64,000 nucleotides of DNA from a virus (IMGVR_UViG_3300028886_000029:110007-174006); one strand, 5' to 3'. Numbered from the stretch's first letter, positions 49,292-60,104 are shown. Numbers and translations: made by a program. The notes: generated from the sequence alone by a model not told the origin.

Positions 49292-49549
49292 CTACATCGT
49301 TTCAACCATATAACCACCACATTCAAATTTTGTTACACACCCACAATTAGAACATCTTATATTAACTTCAATTCTATCAGTGTTAACCTCAATTCTGTCT
49401 GGTTCCTCATTTGTTGTCACAACATTTATGTCCTCAAAACTCAAATAATTTCCACATCTGGAACATTTGTGTGACATAATGTCATTGTTAATACCCACAC
49501 AATCAAAAAATGTTATGTTATCAACCGCGCTCAAACAATTTTTAGCCAT
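49292..49549 (-). CDS. Small Zn-ribbon protein
   Basis: CSRC...CSNC pairs. Confidence 0.6.
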   Translation of the reverse strand: MAKNCLSAVDNITFFDCVGINNDIMSHKCSRCGNYLSFEDINVVTTNEEPDRIEVNTDRIEVNIRCSNCGCVTKFECGGYMVETM

Positions 49550-49550
49550 A

Positions 49551-50060
49551 CTATATCTTTTTCCAGAACTTATATGTTATATCCTTCCATCCCATATGTT
49601 GGGGGTTCTTTATACCGTTTTTAATCTCATCAACCCTCCATTCAGTCTTATAAGCGTACATTCTCTGATTGGTTGTTTCTTTGTTAAGTGGTCCTTTTTC
49701 CTCATTATACTCGCCCAACTTAAGATAGTCAAAAACATCCCACATTCTTTCATCAACATCAAATGTACCACAATAAATGGCTGTTTTCAAACCTTTCAAA
49801 TGCACATGTACCGCCAAGTCCAAAATTTCTTGCACATCATTTCCCTCACCCAAAAAACAAACACAAGTGACACCCTCATTTTTCTCAATTAAATCATCCA
49901 AGACATCATTAGTCAATTCATCACCAATGTCTTTTCTTAAGTATGGACTATGACAACCTTTACAATGATGCGGACAGTTAGATATGTTCAAAGTTAAACT
50001 AATCTCATCAGGCACTTCTGAAAAAGTGACCATAACATCATCTTTAATGTATTTAACCAT
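49551..50060 (-). CDS. nrdG: Anaerobic ribonucleotide reductase activating protein (radical SAM)
   Basis: FSEVPDEISL..NISNCPHHCKGCHS CxxxCxxC motif; TTNQRMY; near nrdD. Confidence 0.92.
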   Translation of the reverse strand: MVKYIKDDVMVTFSEVPDEISLTLNISNCPHHCKGCHSPYLRKDIGDELTNDVLDDLIEKNEGVTCVCFLGEGNDVQEILDLAVHVHLKGLKTAIYCGTFDVDERMWDVFDYLKLGEYNEEKGPLNKETTNQRMYAYKTEWRVDEIKNGIKNPQHMGWKDITYKFWKKI

Positions 50061-50062
50061 AT

Positions 50063-50581
50063 TTAATCATTATTTTCTATTTCGTCAAAATAATACCTAA
50101 TTTTATCTCTCATATCTTCAGCGTGTTCAATGTTTCCTTTATTGTCAATATTAAGATAAACATAGTCCCCATACCCATTATCTTCCAGAGAAAGAAAACC
50201 AGGAACATAATATTGGTCATACTTATCAGTGATGTTCACCACCTCATTCATGTTCTCATCCAAAAAAACATATTCACCATCATCAGCAACCTTATATTGC
50301 GCCTTCAACCAAAAATTATCTGGCCAGTTCAAAACCTTACCGTTGTCAATATCAATAACAATCTCCCAATAATCAGAAGGTTTATAACCAATATCTTTTC
50401 TTACAACACATGGCGTTATTTTTTTCATGTTTTCACTTTCCTCATCGGTATCTTCCACATTTGGGTCAATATAATTACCACCATCTGTGGAATATTCGCA
50501 ATCTTGCCAATATCTTACACCCATAGTAGCGCGAAGATACTTAATGTCCTGTTCTGTTTTTACAGTTCTACTAATTTTCAT
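50063..50581 (-). CDS. Hypothetical protein
   Basis: 172-aa ORF between nrdD and nrdG, 2 nt from nrdG. Confidence 0.7.
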   Translation of the reverse strand: MKISRTVKTEQDIKYLRATMGVRYWQDCEYSTDGGNYIDPNVEDTDEESENMKKITPCVVRKDIGYKPSDYWEIVIDIDNGKVLNWPDNFWLKAQYKVADDGEYVFLDENMNEVVNITDKYDQYYVPGFLSLEDNGYGDYVYLNIDNKGNIEHAEDMRDKIRYYFDEIENND

Positions 50582-50649
50582 GTTTTTTTTTTTATTAAAA
50601 ATTTATTTTTATAAAAATATAAAAATGTTTTGAAAATAGCAACAAAAAT

Positions 50650-50674
50650 ACCCACAAATTTTTAGTTTGTGGGT
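50650..50674 (-). terminator. Intrinsic terminator after nrdD
   Basis: ACCCACAAA-loop-TTTGTGGGT, followed by a U-rich tract on the minus strand. Confidence 0.65.
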
Positions 50675-50707
50675 TTGTTTACATAAAAACAATCGGAATT
50701 ATCCCTT

Positions 50708-52885
50708 TTAGTTATACACTCTTTGATTAGCCTCAATTTGTCTTGGTTCACTAAAATCCTTTATTTTCTTCAAATAACCAATAATTCTTGTTAAATGACT
50801 GACATTTGAACTACCACACTTTGGACATTTGTCAAGTGTATGTACATCAATATGTCCACAACCTTCTTCCTCACAAACAGTTCCCATAACATTAAATGTG
50901 AAATACGATGTGCCATTTTTTGCAGCAAATTTCAATAGTTTTCGATATTGTTCCTGTGTTAAAAACTCTTTTAAATTTTGGTGTAATGCCATTCCACCAT
51001 CGCATTTAGACGAAAACCTTCTACCATGCAAAACAAACTTATCCAAAATACTAACATTTTCATCTTCTGGATTGTAAAAATATGAACTATACATCATATG
51101 TTTATTAGAAACATAGTAGCCATCTTTTTTATCCCATTCATAATGTTTATATGAAACATTTTCACCAGGAATAAACTCAGTATTGAACATACAGTCTCTT
51201 GTTTTATCCTTTCTATTACTAAGATTGATTGTCTCAAGAATTAAGTTAGCGAATTCTTCATAATCTTCATTTGGTGTAATTTCAAGACCCATAAATTCTG
51301 CCGCATCAGTTAACCCATTAACACCAACGGTTAAATATTGCTTTCTCATGTCAATAAAACCAGCGGAATAAACAGGTAACATGTTTGCATCATAAAAATC
51401 CTTAACAATTGCATTAAATGATGTTAAATATTTGTGTACCCTTTCAGTAAGTTCAGTTATATAATTTTTAACATAGTCATAAACCTTTGTTCTATCTACA
51501 TTCTTTTGTAGTTTTTCACCTTTTTTATATTCAATGTTATTGTCTTTATAATATCTAAATGTTGCGTCTTGAACCGCTCTATTTAAGTCAATTGTCATAA
51601 CACATTTTGAACCAGTCGCAACTGAGGCTGTTCCCATTGAAAACTGATGGGTTGTATGATTAAATTCATCTTCTTCATCTTGTTTCTTTAAGCCCGACCT
51701 AAGTCGGCAACAGCTACTGAGCGAGTCAGGACTATCACTTAAATAACAGAAGAAACTATGACCTTTTGACCACATTTCAGCGGTAAAATCGGCATATTCT
51801 TTATCAAGAAAATCATCGTTACCATCAGTAAGTAATGCCATTGTTTCAACGGGAAATGTTAATACATATTTTTTCCTTTCCTCTAAGAAAAAGTTCATAA
51901 ACCTCTTTTGTAACCAAGACAATGTTTCCCAAATTGGTTTGGTTCCGTCAGGAAAAACAAAATCTCCAAAGACACCTTCAAAATAATATTTATCAAAATA
52001 AGAAACATTCCAAAATACGGTTTGATATCCACGATTACCAGCTGGCATGTTCATACTATGCACAACTTGTTGAAAACAGTTCTCAATAACTTGGTCAAGC
52101 GTTCTCTCTTTCTTGTTAATCTCAACAACTTTATCCAATTTAGTGAGATAATCATCACCATAATCCTTTCTTATAAACCAGTCCATACAAAGCAAAAACT
52201 CAGGGGTTGCAACAGCACCCATAAACTGAGATGATATTGAATAAACCAAATTAATGAACTCACCACAATATGATTTCAAATCAGTTGGTGCGACTGAAAC
52301 ACCACCCAACTTTTTAAGACCATCCACAAGAAAAGGATACATGGTGATTGCGACACAGTAAGGAAAACCAGGCGTCCCTGACTCATCATGCCTGTAAATA
52401 ATATGATGTTCCAAATCGTAAATGTATTGGTCAGCAAGTTTTTTACTATATAATGATTTGATTTTATTATGCATTATATATCTATTCTGTTGTATGTTTT
52501 CTCCTTTATGTATCTCTTGTCCAAGAGTCACAATATTTTTATTGGAGACATTAGCGTTAGAATCATATTTTGAACCGGTCGCCGCATTAGACGCTTTAAT
52601 ATAGTTTTTTACAAAATCATCATTCTTTTTGAGTATTTTTCTGTTTGTTCCATTTTCAACAAAACTCTTAGCGACTTTTTTATTGATAGACATCAATGCT
52701 TCCGTTACTTGTCTATCAATTTCAAGTGTTGTCATCTTGTCATAAACATATAGTTCATTCACAATCGCATCCAGAATCACATTGTTACACTCCTCACCGA
52801 CAGAATTATACGCTTCACAAATACTTTTTTTTACTTTATCTCTACTGAATTCCTCATAAGAGCCATCACTTTTTCTAACATCCAT
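50708..52885 (-). CDS. nrdD: Class III anaerobic ribonucleoside-triphosphate reductase
   Basis: N-terminal ATP cone; SCCRL; C-terminal CxxC/CPKC Zn site and the TRIIGYL glycyl-radical motif. Confidence 0.95.
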   Translation of the reverse strand: MDVRKSDGSYEEFSRDKVKKSICEAYNSVGEECNNVILDAIVNELYVYDKMTTLEIDRQVTEALMSINKKVAKSFVENGTNRKILKKNDDFVKNYIKASNAATGSKYDSNANVSNKNIVTLGQEIHKGENIQQNRYIMHNKIKSLYSKKLADQYIYDLEHHIIYRHDESGTPGFPYCVAITMYPFLVDGLKKLGGVSVAPTDLKSYCGEFINLVYSISSQFMGAVATPEFLLCMDWFIRKDYGDDYLTKLDKVVEINKKERTLDQVIENCFQQVVHSMNMPAGNRGYQTVFWNVSYFDKYYFEGVFGDFVFPDGTKPIWETLSWLQKRFMNFFLEERKKYVLTFPVETMALLTDGNDDFLDKEYADFTAEMWSKGHSFFCYLSDSPDSLSSCCRLRSGLKKQDEEDEFNHTTHQFSMGTASVATGSKCVMTIDLNRAVQDATFRYYKDNNIEYKKGEKLQKNVDRTKVYDYVKNYITELTERVHKYLTSFNAIVKDFYDANMLPVYSAGFIDMRKQYLTVGVNGLTDAAEFMGLEITPNEDYEEFANLILETINLSNRKDKTRDCMFNTEFIPGENVSYKHYEWDKKDGYYVSNKHMMYSSYFYNPEDENVSILDKFVLHGRRFSSKCDGGMALHQNLKEFLTQEQYRKLLKFAAKNGTSYFTFNVMGTVCEEEGCGHIDVHTLDKCPKCGSSNVSHLTRIIGYLKKIKDFSEPRQIEANQRVYN

Positions 52886-52948
52886 ATTATTTTCCTGTTT
52901 ATATTTTATATTTTTTATTATTGTTCAAGTTTTACCTTAGGGTAATAT

Positions 52949-52994
52949 AAATAGTGGAAATTCTGAGTTAATCACCTTAAAATTTCCACTATTT
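52949..52994. terminator. 14-bp inverted repeat downstream of the helicase, overlapping the putative promoter motif of nrdD
   Basis: AAATAGTGGAAATT (52949-52962) ... AATTTCCACTATTT (52981-52994). Confidence 0.6.
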
Positions 52995-53048
52995 TTCAAC
53001 AAAAATCAGAACCAATTAACTCTCAAAACATTGTCAAAGAAAATTTTT

Positions 53049-54485
53049 TTACATTTTTTTCTTGTCTGAATTTATAGCGTCCCTGACTATTTTTATTTGT
53101 TCAACATAGTTCCTATTCTCAATTCTTGCTTGCTCATCTTCCCATTCTTTTAGTGAATCCAGTTCTTCCACCTCATCACATTTGATAATAGAAAGACCGT
53201 TATCAAAATAGATATTTTTGAAAATCTTGGAACCTCTTCCTGACCTATTTTTAAGCAAAGCCAATGTTGCCCTATTATTTTCCCTATCCTCAGTTGTTCT
53301 TGCGATTGAGATGATAACTTGCGCAATCTGACCTTTCTTGATTGAACCACCTGATTTATCAACGGTGACAATCTCAGCCATAATACTATCCTTATTACCT
53401 TGAGTCGGAATCCACATGGCGATATTAAGTTCCTTTGCCATCGCCTCCAACTTTCTCATGGTTTTTCCTTCTCTTGTCCATTCGGAATCAGATGAACTTC
53501 CACCTTTTTCCAATTCAAGGCATTCAAAATAATCAAGAATTACAAGGTCAGGTTTAAAACCTTTGTTAGTTAGTTTTAGGATGAAATTTTTAATGTCACC
53601 TACGGTCATTTCACCCGTCTTAAAAGACTTAAGCCTAAGATTCTCCGCCAATTTATCCCTATCTGGGTGATGTGATAGAATATTCTTAATATCCGTTTTT
53701 TTATTGGTGTCAAGTCTTTTAAATTCACAAGCCTCAACATCAGTAAGTCGTGAGAAGTGTTTTCTTGTTATATCAACATCATCGTCCTCAAAATAAATCT
53801 GAAGGGTTTTCCATCCTTGGGATGCGGCGGCTGAGGCGAAAGCCGTGGAAACCGTTGTTTTACCTGCGCCAAGAGGTGCGATAATCAAACCGATTTTTCC
53901 TTTATCAATTCCACCACCAAGAATATCATCAAGACCTGCAACACCTGTCGGAATTGACACAGTATAGTCAGCGGAAAGGGCTTTTTCCTCCAAATCAAAA
54001 ATCGAATAACCATAATCATCAACAGCATCACTTTGTAGTGCTTCCTCAATCATTTGTTGACACTCATCGAACTGCTCAATATCGCCTTTGCCAACCTTTT
54101 CCAACATTTTGTTAGCCGCCTTGATTAATCTCTGTTGCTTAAAAAATTTAAGGGCATTCTCTTTGACAAGAGTGTTGCCCTCATAATTCAAGTTTTTCAG
54201 TTTGTTAATCAGTTCTTCCCACTCCTTTATTTCGATTTCATCATTTGCTTTGCTTCTTAAAGCAATGTCAATTGTTGAATATGATGGTACAATATTCTCT
54301 TTATTATAATAGTCTTTTATTGTACCAACAAATCTTTTTAAGAGTTGGTCAGTAAAGGCGTTTTGGTCAACAATATTGGCAATTTCATTGAAAAAATTAT
54401 GGTCTTCCATGAAATATTTAACCAATTTATATTGGAAATCTATTCCAAGATAACCTAAATTACTTTTGTCAATTGTTTTACCCAT
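53049..54485 (-). CDS. Replicative DnaB/gp41-like helicase
   Basis: Walker A APLGAGKTT; VILDYFECL; WIPTQGN; LLKNRSG. Confidence 0.92.
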   Translation of the reverse strand: MGKTIDKSNLGYLGIDFQYKLVKYFMEDHNFFNEIANIVDQNAFTDQLLKRFVGTIKDYYNKENIVPSYSTIDIALRSKANDEIEIKEWEELINKLKNLNYEGNTLVKENALKFFKQQRLIKAANKMLEKVGKGDIEQFDECQQMIEEALQSDAVDDYGYSIFDLEEKALSADYTVSIPTGVAGLDDILGGGIDKGKIGLIIAPLGAGKTTVSTAFASAAASQGWKTLQIYFEDDDVDITRKHFSRLTDVEACEFKRLDTNKKTDIKNILSHHPDRDKLAENLRLKSFKTGEMTVGDIKNFILKLTNKGFKPDLVILDYFECLELEKGGSSSDSEWTREGKTMRKLEAMAKELNIAMWIPTQGNKDSIMAEIVTVDKSGGSIKKGQIAQVIISIARTTEDRENNRATLALLKNRSGRGSKIFKNIYFDNGLSIIKCDEVEELDSLKEWEDEQARIENRNYVEQIKIVRDAINSDKKKM

Positions 54486-54487
54486 TC

Positions 54488-55282
54488 TTACGCTTCTGCC
54501 TCATTAAGTTTTCTCATTCCATCATCAGTCAAACCATAAAGTTTAAACAAATCAGCGTCTGACTGAACATTATAATAAGTCTTGTCACCAAAGACATCAT
54601 CAACCACATAAAGGTTATCGTTCCTAAAAGAACAAACAACACAAATTTCCTTAATCAGCCCCCAAACCAAATCAGACTTACCCTTTACAATCTGATAATC
54701 AAGGTATTGTTCGAAACTGAGATGGAAAATATCTTCGTCTGACTGTTTACCCCTCTTATTTGACAAATCAATTGAGTTCCTAATGTACTTAGGGTAATAC
54801 CCGTCCCAAATCTTAGAACAGACCTCCTTACCGTCCACAAGGAAAGCGAACTTATATGTCGCGGTTACAATCTCAGGACTGTCATGTAACTCACCGTCAT
54901 CAAATTTAAAATCAAGGGGTTTAACACCCTTCTCAGTCCATGCGTAATCAGTGGCGTGACCTTTAACCACAATACCCTGACCAAGACTCATCCTGTTCCT
55001 GTTGGCAGGGTTTTCAAAAAACTTCTCCATTTCGTCCATACTATCAAAATACTGTGGTGTGTAAATACCCAAATAAGTGATAGTTTTTTCTTTAAGGTCA
55101 TTGTCAATAACATCAACACAGTCACTAATAACCTCTGAAAGATTATATGACTTTAGACTGAGAGGATTAAAATTGTTAATTCTGAAATAACGTTGGCAAA
55201 TGATATTGTTGTCAACTGTTAGTTTAAATTCAAACCTTTCTTTGTAATCCCTAACTGGGAACTGTTTTCTAAATTCTACCAT
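54488..55282 (-). CDS. Hypothetical protein in the replication cluster
   Basis: 264-aa ORF tightly coupled to the helicase. Confidence 0.75.
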   Translation of the reverse strand: MVEFRKQFPVRDYKERFEFKLTVDNNIICQRYFRINNFNPLSLKSYNLSEVISDCVDVIDNDLKEKTITYLGIYTPQYFDSMDEMEKFFENPANRNRMSLGQGIVVKGHATDYAWTEKGVKPLDFKFDDGELHDSPEIVTATYKFAFLVDGKEVCSKIWDGYYPKYIRNSIDLSNKRGKQSDEDIFHLSFEQYLDYQIVKGKSDLVWGLIKEICVVCSFRNDNLYVVDDVFGDKTYYNVQSDADLFKLYGLTDDGMRKLNEAEA

Positions 55283-55360
55283 TTTTATATATAATTTAAA
55301 GTTAAATGTCTTATTTCTTTTACAAAAATACTAATATTATCATTAAATACAAATTAATTT

Positions 55361-56557
55361 TTAATTATTTTCTTTTTTGTACCTTGAAATTTCCTTATCT
55401 GCTAATGATTTGAACGGCTCAAAAAACCCTGCAAACTTATTTTCATTCCTTAGTTCAGTAATATCATCCTCAACAATATATTTATAAAGATTTTTAAATG
55501 ACCTACCTTCAGGGTCTTGTACATTGTACATCATATTATTTAATTCGTCTTTAGCCTCATCTGATATAAGCGGTTCACTCAAATCAATGATTTTTTTATT
55601 AATCTCATAAAAATTACCATCATAATCACCCCTACTTACACCATTAACAATGTTTTCCTGCCATTTCAACGGTTTCTTTTTATTATTTATTCTTTCAGTC
55701 ACCATTGTCTTGGCTCTCTCAATCACCTCATCAATAGTAATTGGTCTTTCTTTAATTTCAGGTATCAACTCATATAACCTGTTTTGGCTTACACCATCTA
55801 TATTTTTAATATTATCACTTGTGTCACCACAAAATATTTTTTCCAACACAACATTCTCACTTGGAATGCCTCTGATTTTCTTAATATTTTCTTTGGAGAT
55901 AAACTTGTTTATTTTCTTATCATAAATACACACAGTGTCAGATATTAACTGTGTCAAATCATGGTCAGTTGACATGATTACGATTCTTTCCTCAGGTCTC
56001 TTATTTTTTACATAATATGCGATATAATCATCACCCTCAGTTATCTCATCATCATCAAACATCCATCTAATATATAACTCATTAAAATATTTTAACAGTA
56101 TGTCTCTTTCTCTTGCAAAATTCTCATCAATAAACTTTTCCCTATCACTTTTGTCCCTTTTAGGTTTATTTTTATTAAACAAGTAATTTTGCATTGACTT
56201 TACTTTTGCCTCAAATACCTTGCCGTATTCCGACAAATTTTCACTGTTAACAATTGATTTGTAGTCCTTATCAGGTCTGTTCGCTTTATAACCGTTATAG
56301 ATTAAATAACGTTTAAGACCACTTTTGTGTCCATCAAAAAATATATATACATAATCAAACGCCTTTTTCTGTAACATTAACCTTATCTGTAATAACACCT
56401 GAAAAACACCGCCATAATGATAACCTTCAGTATTTATTTTATCATCAGACATACTTAGGTTTAAAAGATTGTTACCATCTATTAATAAAGTATAAAAAGG
56501 CTTTTTTTCTAATTCGGGTCTCTGCTCTATAATTTTTTTCCTAATCGGTTGTGCCAT
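55361..56557 (-). CDS. 5'-3' exonuclease / T4 RNase H-like flap nuclease
   Basis: LLIDGNNL, FFDG, GYKANR, EGDDYIA, STDHDLTQL and GDTSDNI motifs. Confidence 0.92.
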   Translation of the reverse strand: MAQPIRKKIIEQRPELEKKPFYTLLIDGNNLLNLSMSDDKINTEGYHYGGVFQVLLQIRLMLQKKAFDYVYIFFDGHKSGLKRYLIYNGYKANRPDKDYKSIVNSENLSEYGKVFEAKVKSMQNYLFNKNKPKRDKSDREKFIDENFARERDILLKYFNELYIRWMFDDDEITEGDDYIAYYVKNKRPEERIVIMSTDHDLTQLISDTVCIYDKKINKFISKENIKKIRGIPSENVVLEKIFCGDTSDNIKNIDGVSQNRLYELIPEIKERPITIDEVIERAKTMVTERINNKKKPLKWQENIVNGVSRGDYDGNFYEINKKIIDLSEPLISDEAKDELNNMMYNVQDPEGRSFKNLYKYIVEDDITELRNENKFAGFFEPFKSLADKEISRYKKENN

Positions 56558-56625
56558 CTGTCAATAATTTTAATATTCTATTTTTTTGTAAAAATATATA
56601 AAAAACATAAAAAAACCAAGCATCT

Positions 56626-57576
56626 CTACTTGATTTCTAATTCTTTTAATAGTACTTCATTAAAAAACAAACTACCATTTTTAGTTACACTTTTCAATGC
56701 ATCCATACTTAATAATTTGATTTTGGATAATTCTTTTTTAACATCAATATTAATATCATACATTGCAAAAACTCTTTTTATTTCCTTTTCTGTATTTGTA
56801 TTAATTTCTCGTGGTAAAACATATAATGTTGTGTAAAATGTTTTATATGATTCGGTTTTTATTAAATCTTCCTTATATGATTTTAACAAAAACCGATATT
56901 TTTCATTCTGATTTTCAATTTTTCTTAAATTGTTCTTCAATTGACTAAGCCTGTTTTTGGGATACATTTCAGATAATTGAGAATATGTTGATGACACAAT
57001 GGCCTGTCTTTCATGATAATAACAACTATATATCGCATAAGCAAATAAGTGAACAACTTGACTAATATTATCATTCCGTATTATTGAAATTATTTTAGAA
57101 TACCAATCAGCCACTTCTATGTCTTGTTTAGCCTCAGCCCTTTTTAAAAATATATTACCATGTCCTAATTCATGTGATATAATAGAACTGATTCTTGCTT
57201 TAACCCTTTCTTGTCCCATTTCAACATCGTTTTGTGACAAAAATAAACGTACTAAAAACTTTTCAATTGTATATATATTATTATCAGATTTAGTACCATA
57301 TGGTAAAATATCAGCTTTACTATTTAATAAAAAACCGTTACTTTCCAAAACCAAAACTAAGTTAATATCTTCGCCATCTATACTAATAGTTGTCTCAATT
57401 TCTTTTTCTTTCGAAAGGAACATTTTAAAAAATAATTCTGAAATATCATTGGCAATCTTTCCTTGTTTTTCAAAAGAACCCAATGACTCAGTAATAAACA
57501 TACTTTCCTTTCCTTCTTTCAATAAATTGTTAAAAGGAATAAGATTAATATGCTCCTTAAATTTTATGTATTCCAT
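56626..57576 (-). CDS. HExxH zincin-like protein
   Basis: IISHELGHG with downstream IYSCYYHERQA. Confidence 0.55.
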   Translation of the reverse strand: MEYIKFKEHINLIPFNNLLKEGKESMFITESLGSFEKQGKIANDISELFFKMFLSKEKEIETTISIDGEDINLVLVLESNGFLLNSKADILPYGTKSDNNIYTIEKFLVRLFLSQNDVEMGQERVKARISSIISHELGHGNIFLKRAEAKQDIEVADWYSKIISIIRNDNISQVVHLFAYAIYSCYYHERQAIVSSTYSQLSEMYPKNRLSQLKNNLRKIENQNEKYRFLLKSYKEDLIKTESYKTFYTTLYVLPREINTNTEKEIKRVFAMYDINIDVKKELSKIKLLSMDALKSVTKNGSLFFNEVLLKELEIK

Positions 57577-58909
57577 ATTCTTTGACTATTTCTAAAATTT
57601 TATTTATGTCAGTAAAATAAATGTCATCATCCTCCAAATATTTTACAAATTTCTTTTCTAAAAAATAAATTAACTTAATATTATTCTCTTTGCACAATTG
57701 TTTTTTTAATAAATCTCTTTCTTTTCTAATATTTAAATTTTCTCTTTTTTTAAAAAAATCTTTATCAATAAAGTGTTGTTCACCTTGACATTCAATTGCA
57801 ATATTATAGTCCGGAAGATAAAAATCTAAACTTTGTAAACCCAACCAAGAGAACTTTTTCTGCATTTTATAGTTAATGTTATTTTCTTTTAAAAATTTTT
57901 CAAGATTTCTTTCCAAACTCGGCATTTGACATTTAGGACAACCATGACCTCTTGCAAATTCTCTGGCAATAATATCAAAGTCACCATGTTTTTTACAAGT
58001 AATTGTAATTTTTTGCCTGGCTCCATTAAAAACCGCATTTTCAAACGTATACTTTTCGTTAATATAATCATTTTTAACCTCAGCTAACCACACATCAGTT
58101 GTTTTATTTAATCCCCTACATTTTGGACAACCTCTACCACAGAGGTGTGTATTGGGTTTTTGCTGAAATATGCCATGTTCATTTCCTAAAGCATCTTTTT
58201 CATGACAAATTACATCTACCTTAGTTTGAGAATTGAGATATTCTACTTTGCTATAGTCATATTTATTACCATGAACCTCTTTTGCTTTTTTAACAAAACT
58301 TTCTTTATCATCCTTTTTGGAATCAATTAAACATTTTGGACAAACGCCGCCTTTAATGTGTATAATTGTTTGTTGTGTAAACTCACCATGTTTAGGACAA
58401 ATAATTGTTATTTTATCAGCTTGTGTTTTTAAAACAACTTTCGAATAATCATATTCTCTATTTTTTACTGCATTCCAAAATAACTCACTTAATTTTTCTT
58501 TTTTGCTTTTTTTCCTAATCTTTTTAATTTTTTTCTCATGTTTGAAAACACTACCACTTTTACTACTTAAATGATTTTGTGGTGTCTGCCAAAATTCGCC
58601 ATATTCAGGATGAATTATACATATTTTTGTTGTATAATTAACATATTCCATTTTTGAATAGTCATACTTCCATCCAAATTTTTCCCTTGCCCTAATTAAG
58701 AAAATATTTTTTGTTATTTTATTACACATTGGACAACCTTGGCCACTTTTATGTGAATGTGGTGTTTGTTCAAATTCACCATGTTTAGGACAAATAATTG
58801 TCACTGGTGTGTTGTTATTTATATACTCAACTTTTGAGTAGTCATATTTATCACCATGTATTTCTCTTGCTTTATTAATAAATTCTTCGATATTTGATTT
58901 TTTCGCCAT
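57557..58909 (-). mobile_element. Second free-standing Zn-repeat, Vsr/DUF559-like endonuclease
   Basis: About five CPKHGEF-type repeats; SLDFYLPDYNIAIECQGEQH; directly downstream of recA. Confidence 0.8.
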
Positions 58910-58925
58910 ATAATATTAAGTTCAA

Positions 58926-58953
58926 AAAGTGGAAATATAAATATTTCCACTTT
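58926..58953. terminator. Hairpin downstream of uvsX/recA
   Basis: AAAGTGGAAATAT-aa-ATATTTCCACTTT. Confidence 0.65.
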
Positions 58954-58955
58954 AT

Positions 58956-60104
58956 TTATTCTTCAATACTGTCTTCTTCTGTAAACACAATATCCTCTGC
59001 TTTAGTGTCTTTAATTTCTTCACCAAATAACCCTTTCATTTTTTCAAAAATAATTGGTATCTGTGTTTTTTTATATTCATCTAATTCTTCTTCAGTAATT
59101 ATACCATTATGTACACAACACATTGTACCACTATATGTTATGTTATATGGGGTCGGTAACTGATTTTTATAAACACTGATTTTTGTAATAGTACCATATT
59201 GGTACTCTTTACCTTTAAGTGTTGCTTTAAGTTTTTTTGTTGCGGCCTTCGCAGTACCCCCACAATGAATACCTAATCTGGTTGCATAGTATAAAGTTTT
59301 ACCTCCACTGTTTTCTATTGAAACAGCACCACCCATAGAATTCATCACATCTTGCCAAATTTTATTTACAACAAACAATGTATTTGTGTACGGTGACCCC
59401 ACTTCTTTTGATGCTGAAATTCTTGGGAATATATCTTTAAAAGATGATGCAATAGCGCCAGCATCAAATTGATTATTTCCTGTTTTTGATACTAAACTTT
59501 TTTGTGATTCCACACTCCCCACCGAGTCCCATAAAAATAATAATGGCATTGGAAGTTCACCGTTATCTTGCATATCCAAAAATGATTTAATAATAAAGGC
59601 TATGTCTTCAATAACAGGTGTTGTTCTTTTTTTGGTTACTCTTTTACCTTGTAAATAATCCATATCACCACAATATTCACAAATACCTTTATTAGTGAAA
59701 AGAACAAAATTTCCTTCCCAATCAACAATTTTTTCTTCACCTGTTTCTTCATCTGTTTCATAAACTGGTGTTATATCCATACCACAGTCTTTTGCATATT
59801 GAAAATCAAAATTTCCTTCTGTCTCAAATATAACAGGTAAAATCCCTTGTCTCATTGCACTTGCAATTGCACAATTTTTTAAAGTTGACTTGCCAGTATC
59901 AGACCAACCTCTAACTGAAAATACACCCCTACCCATTGGAATTCCCGGTAAATGCAGTGCTTCTCTGTATGCTTTGGGCATTATTATCCACTCTATTTCT
60001 TTATCCGCAACTTTTGAAATGTTTCCACCTAATTTTTCTTTTTTAAATTCATTAATGTCAAATGTTTTACTTTTCACTTCTTTTTTCTTTAATGGTTGTG
60101 CCAT
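58956..60104 (-). CDS. UvsX/RecA-like recombinase
   Basis: Walker A GWSDTGKST; FETEGNFD; LFLWDSVGS; VVNKIW; GG..LYY..RLGIH. Confidence 0.9.
   Translation of the reverse strand: MAQPLKKKEVKSKTFDINEFKKEKLGGNISKVADKEIEWIIMPKAYREALHLPGIPMGRGVFSVRGWSDTGKSTLKNCAIASAMRQGILPVIFETEGNFDFQYAKDCGMDITPVYETDEETGEEKIVDWEGNFVLFTNKGICEYCGDMDYLQGKRVTKKRTTPVIEDIAFIIKSFLDMQDNGELPMPLLFLWDSVGSVESQKSLVSKTGNNQFDAGAIASSFKDIFPRISASKEVGSPYTNTLFVVNKIWQDVMNSMGGAVSIENSGGKTLYYATRLGIHCGGTAKAATKKLKATLKGKEYQYGTITKISVYKNQLPTPYNITYSGTMCCVHNGIITEEELDEYKKTQIPIIFEKMKGLFGEEIKDTKAEDIVFTEEDSIEE

Noticed and set aside
50708-60104. Inteins or group I introns in nrdD, the helicase or recA
   Set aside because: Lengths are ordinary (725, 478 and 382 aa), the frames are uninterrupted, and no intein C1/HN motifs or intron-sized gaps were seen.
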